A stretch of DNA of 64,000 nucleotides from Felis catus (Eukaryota). The DNA is taken from positions 182,530,001 to 182,594,000 of the forward strand of contig NC_058368.1 in NCBI RefSeq assembly GCF_018350175.1, read 5' to 3'. Below, in pieces: positions 60,659 to 64,000 of the stretch. The notes beneath the pieces were generated by a model. The model had not been told where the DNA came from. It worked only from the letters and a program-made list of their open reading frames with translations, and searched no databases. Numbering within the stretch: the stretch's first letter is position 1; each line of letters starts with the position of its first letter. The translations under genes were made by a program, and so were the position numbers.

Positions 60659-62844
60659 AGAACCAAACCAAATCAAAACAATACAAAAATCCTGTCTGGA
60701 TAAGTAGACAGATTTTTCATATCCACACTTGCTTGCTGGGATAGAAAAAGGGGAAAAAAGTAGAATCATATATAACAATTAGTTCACCAGTATATAAAAT
60801 GCTTACTGAAGTACTGGTTTAGATAGATTAAAGCATCATCAGTGTATTGATCATTTAGGGCTTTGAATCATAAGCAAAAGAGATCCAGTATGATAATGTG
60901 GGCATAAATGTAGTTTATTACATGACAGCAAATAGCTCATATAATCTACATGTGGGCTGGAGATCCCAGCTTAGAGGTCACCTTGCCTGGGGAAAAGAGC
61001 CTACAAATCAGACTAAAGTACTGGTCCTGTGATAACTTCATTTTCAACACCAATGGGCATGGACTTCATACTTCATTCCATCTGTGCCTAACCCTGGGTC
61101 CTGCTGCCTCTGAAAACTGGGTAAGAACACCAGAGCTAATGCCATTGATGCCAGATTGGATTTCTATGCATTTTCTATTTCTTTATGACACTGGCTTTCC
61201 AATCAAAGTCCAGGTAACCTGGTATGACTGGCAGAATTCAGGTCATCTGTCCATGCTGCTGAGGGAAGTTGAGAAGACTAGCATCTGCCATTCTCTTGAT
61301 TCTTTGATTCACATGTTCATGTGGAAAAATGGTCCTGAAGCTGGAAGTGGCAAAATAATAAAACATACTCCCTGCTATCCCTGAGCTGAAGGGTTGTACT
61401 ACATTATTTTTTTCTATGCTATCATTTTATCATTTGGAAATAATGACTATTTATTGACACCCAAAATATCATTTTCCTTATTAAGGATATTGACTCCCTT
61501 ACAATACTAAAAACAATTAATTTTAGACCAAATTACATGTGGTTTCCAAGGTAGTTATAGTCCAGAAGAGATTGACTTTAAACTACTTGAAGAAAAGGTT
61601 GTATAAACATTGGCTCATCAGTCTTATAAAGGAATTCCAATTCCTACACCAGAACTGGCAATAATTTTGTGAGAGTGAAGTGCTCCTATACATCCTGTAT
61701 CAAGCTTTTTATAATCATAATATTTGGAACGTCTGTGGCACTCTCCCCCTTAAAAGTCCTTTAACAAACATTAGCTATAATTGTAAAGAGCTTTAGGATC
61801 CTTAGGGATGAAAAGTATTGTATAAATGTGCCATGTAACCATGCCTATTACTTCTGTACATTGCTGCATAAATTATCAGAAAATGAGTAAATGGATTTCA
61901 GTCTCATGCATTTGAATGTTAATTGGGAAAAAAATTTTCTTTCACCAGTTTAGAGATGACAATTATATCACAGTCTATTTCCTTTAGCATGTATTCACTC
62001 TTTGTTAATCTTGACAGATTATAACCTCAGGTGCGCTCTGTGTCGGGAAGTCTTTGTGTGTATCTTGACACAAGGTTTAGTGTCAATTCCAATGCTCAGT
62101 CTGCTGTGAAGACATTCTACAGTATCTCTGGCCTCACTATATATCACTCTTGTACATGTACCTAGATTCTGCTGAAGCAGAGAATCTAATCCAAGTGGTT
62201 ATTACTTCACTGAGCAGCCATAATGCTCTGTGAGTTTTGTTATTGTTTGGTGGGGGATTTTGATAAAGAAATTTAAAATAGTACGTTAACAATTTTTCCA
62301 AAATATCAAATTCTTATACTTCTATTGAGCGACAAGTTTATTAACAGTTCTTTCTTGGTAGCATACCAAGTACATGTTGTTGATCCCTGATGTTTAATTC
62401 TCATTCCAGGAAGCTTAATTTTTAAATCACAGCACTTGGTATTTTAGCTTCTCTGAGTTTTTCCAGGCATGAAAATAAATCAAATAAATATAAGGCTTGC
62501 CTATTTTAAAGTGATTTTTAAAATTTTCAGAAGTACTATTAATCTTCTTGCCCTGGAATTCTAATACCCAGAAAACCACCATAATTAATCCTTTTTAACA
62601 TCTCTCCATTTCATCCTTTACTTTTTATATTGATTAATGTTAGCATTTAACCCAGTATGGATTTCCAACCATATCATGGTTCCAACATGAGTCAAGAAAT
62701 TCAGTTCTATTTTATTTATACAAGGGTAAGAACCTCTCACTGTAAAGGGTTTATATCTGAAACATTTTTTTTGAACCATCAGGGCTATTACAACCTAACC
62801 CCCTACCTCCTGCCCTGGAGAGTCACCCTGGCTTTTGGTCCTTT

Positions 62845-63130
62845 ATTTATAAAGCAGTTCCAAATTCAGGTAGATCCTGTGGATGAGTGAAGCAGGCATG
62901 GCACAACGACTGGTATGAGTAGGACTTTCAGCTATTGGAAGGTAGTGGTGGCTAATGGAGATAACTGTCACATGTGAATGTGGATTTGGGGTCACTACAG
63001 TTTCTAATTTATAAGGAAGGCCAGAAATCCAGAATGTTGAACTACTGACAACTAGTTTATATAGAAAATTATAGCACTGCACAAACATTAACGTGGACCA
63101 GATCTGGTCTGAGACTGGGAAACAACCACA
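62845..63130 (+). mobile_element. hAT-Charlie MER102-like
   Basis: ATGAGTGAAGCAGGC...AGGCCAGAAATCCAG...GACAACTAGTTT...GTGGACCAGATCTGG. Confidence 0.55.
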
Positions 63131-63571
63131 GCTTTCCATCGTTCCTTGCTTTCTGGTTTGGAAGCAGTGCCTTCACATTAGCTTTGACACTTCTCGTTCC
63201 CTTGAAACTTTCCTTCCGGCTTCCCTTACTGGCTCTGCCTGAGCCCAGAGATTCTACACCATGGCACTCCTCCTCTTGGGCTACAACCCTACAGGCTCAC
63301 CCTAGACTGGTCGTAGGACCCCCCACAGCCTTACCTTTAGATTAAGCTGCCAGCCCTTGGTGCTTGATCTTTTAGGATAGTCCTCAAATTATTCACTTTG
63401 TCTCTAGTTTCTCTCTACTTTAATATAACCTCTCACAAGTGACAGATTAATCTTCCCATATAGTAGCTTTCATTGTATCACTATCTTGCTAAAAAGCCTT
63501 TAATTGCTTCACATTTCATAGAAGAAGAGATTCAAAATCTCACATTAATAAATTCTAGCCCATCACAAGGG

Positions 63572-63683
63572 CTTACCATGACCCAATCACTGTACCTAAG
63601 TGCTTTACATGCATTATCTCATTTAATTATTGCATTGAGGTAGATATTATTACCATTATTCTATGGATGAAGAAACTGAGGCT
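63572..63683 (-). mobile_element. MIR SINE fragment
   Basis: CACTGTACCTAAGTGCTTTACATGCATTATCTCATTTAAT...GATGAAGAAACTGAGGCT. Confidence 0.8.
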
Positions 63684-63774
63684 AATCTCCCAATGACCTC
63701 ATTTTATGTAATGAAAAAAAAATACATATAACACTACACTAGCCTGGAATTGTGTGTTTAAAAAAAAGAAAAAT

Positions 63775-63930
63775 ATCCCAATTCCTATTAGAGCTCTGCC
63801 CATTACTAGCTGGGTACCTTTTAGAGACTCCCATAAACTCCCCAAGCCTCATCCTCATCATCTACAAATGAGAAAAACAGTACCTATCCCTCAAGATTAT
63901 TTGGGACAAAATGAAATGGTTTAAGTATAA
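63775..63930 (+). mobile_element. MIR SINE fragment
   Basis: GCTCTGCCCATTACTAGCTGGGTACCTT...GCCTCATCCTCATCATCTACAAATGAG...CAGTACCTATCCCTCAAG. Confidence 0.75.
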
Positions 63931-64000
63931 TACTCTACCAATGAAGGTTGATATTATTGGCCTAAAACAAACTAGAACTTTGCACTTCCCACTAAATCAA

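Noticed and set aside
60950..61384. Longest ORF in the window (144 aa)
   Set aside because: No recognisable domain, no supporting gene structure, and it overlaps sequence resembling a degenerate MaLR LTR; this length is plausible by chance

Overview
This is AT-rich mammalian genomic DNA from a cat-family (felid) animal, judged by about 25 tRNA-derived CanSINE (SINEC_Fc-type) insertions, four of them young and CpG-rich. I recognise no protein-coding gene, RNA gene, CpG-island promoter or prokaryote-type system. The ORF track consists of chance ORFs and SINE/L1 read-throughs. The window looks intergenic or deep intronic. It carries CanSINEs (19 minus, 6 plus), L1M fragments, L2, MIR, MaLR/ERVL/ERV1 solo LTRs, hAT and Tigger MITEs, and microsatellites. 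Repeat subfamily names come from recalled consensus sequences, not a database search, and boundaries of old repeats are approximate. I found no convincing novel biological system. The best leads are: a 67-bp inverted repeat in a MER46C-like element (49.55-49.72 kb); two very tight inverted SINE pairs; two SINEs inserted at one target site; an age-dependent SINE strand bias; a CpG-retaining repeat-free block near 17.7-18.0 kb; a clean 96-nt candidate exon; and several small palindromic or template-switch structures.
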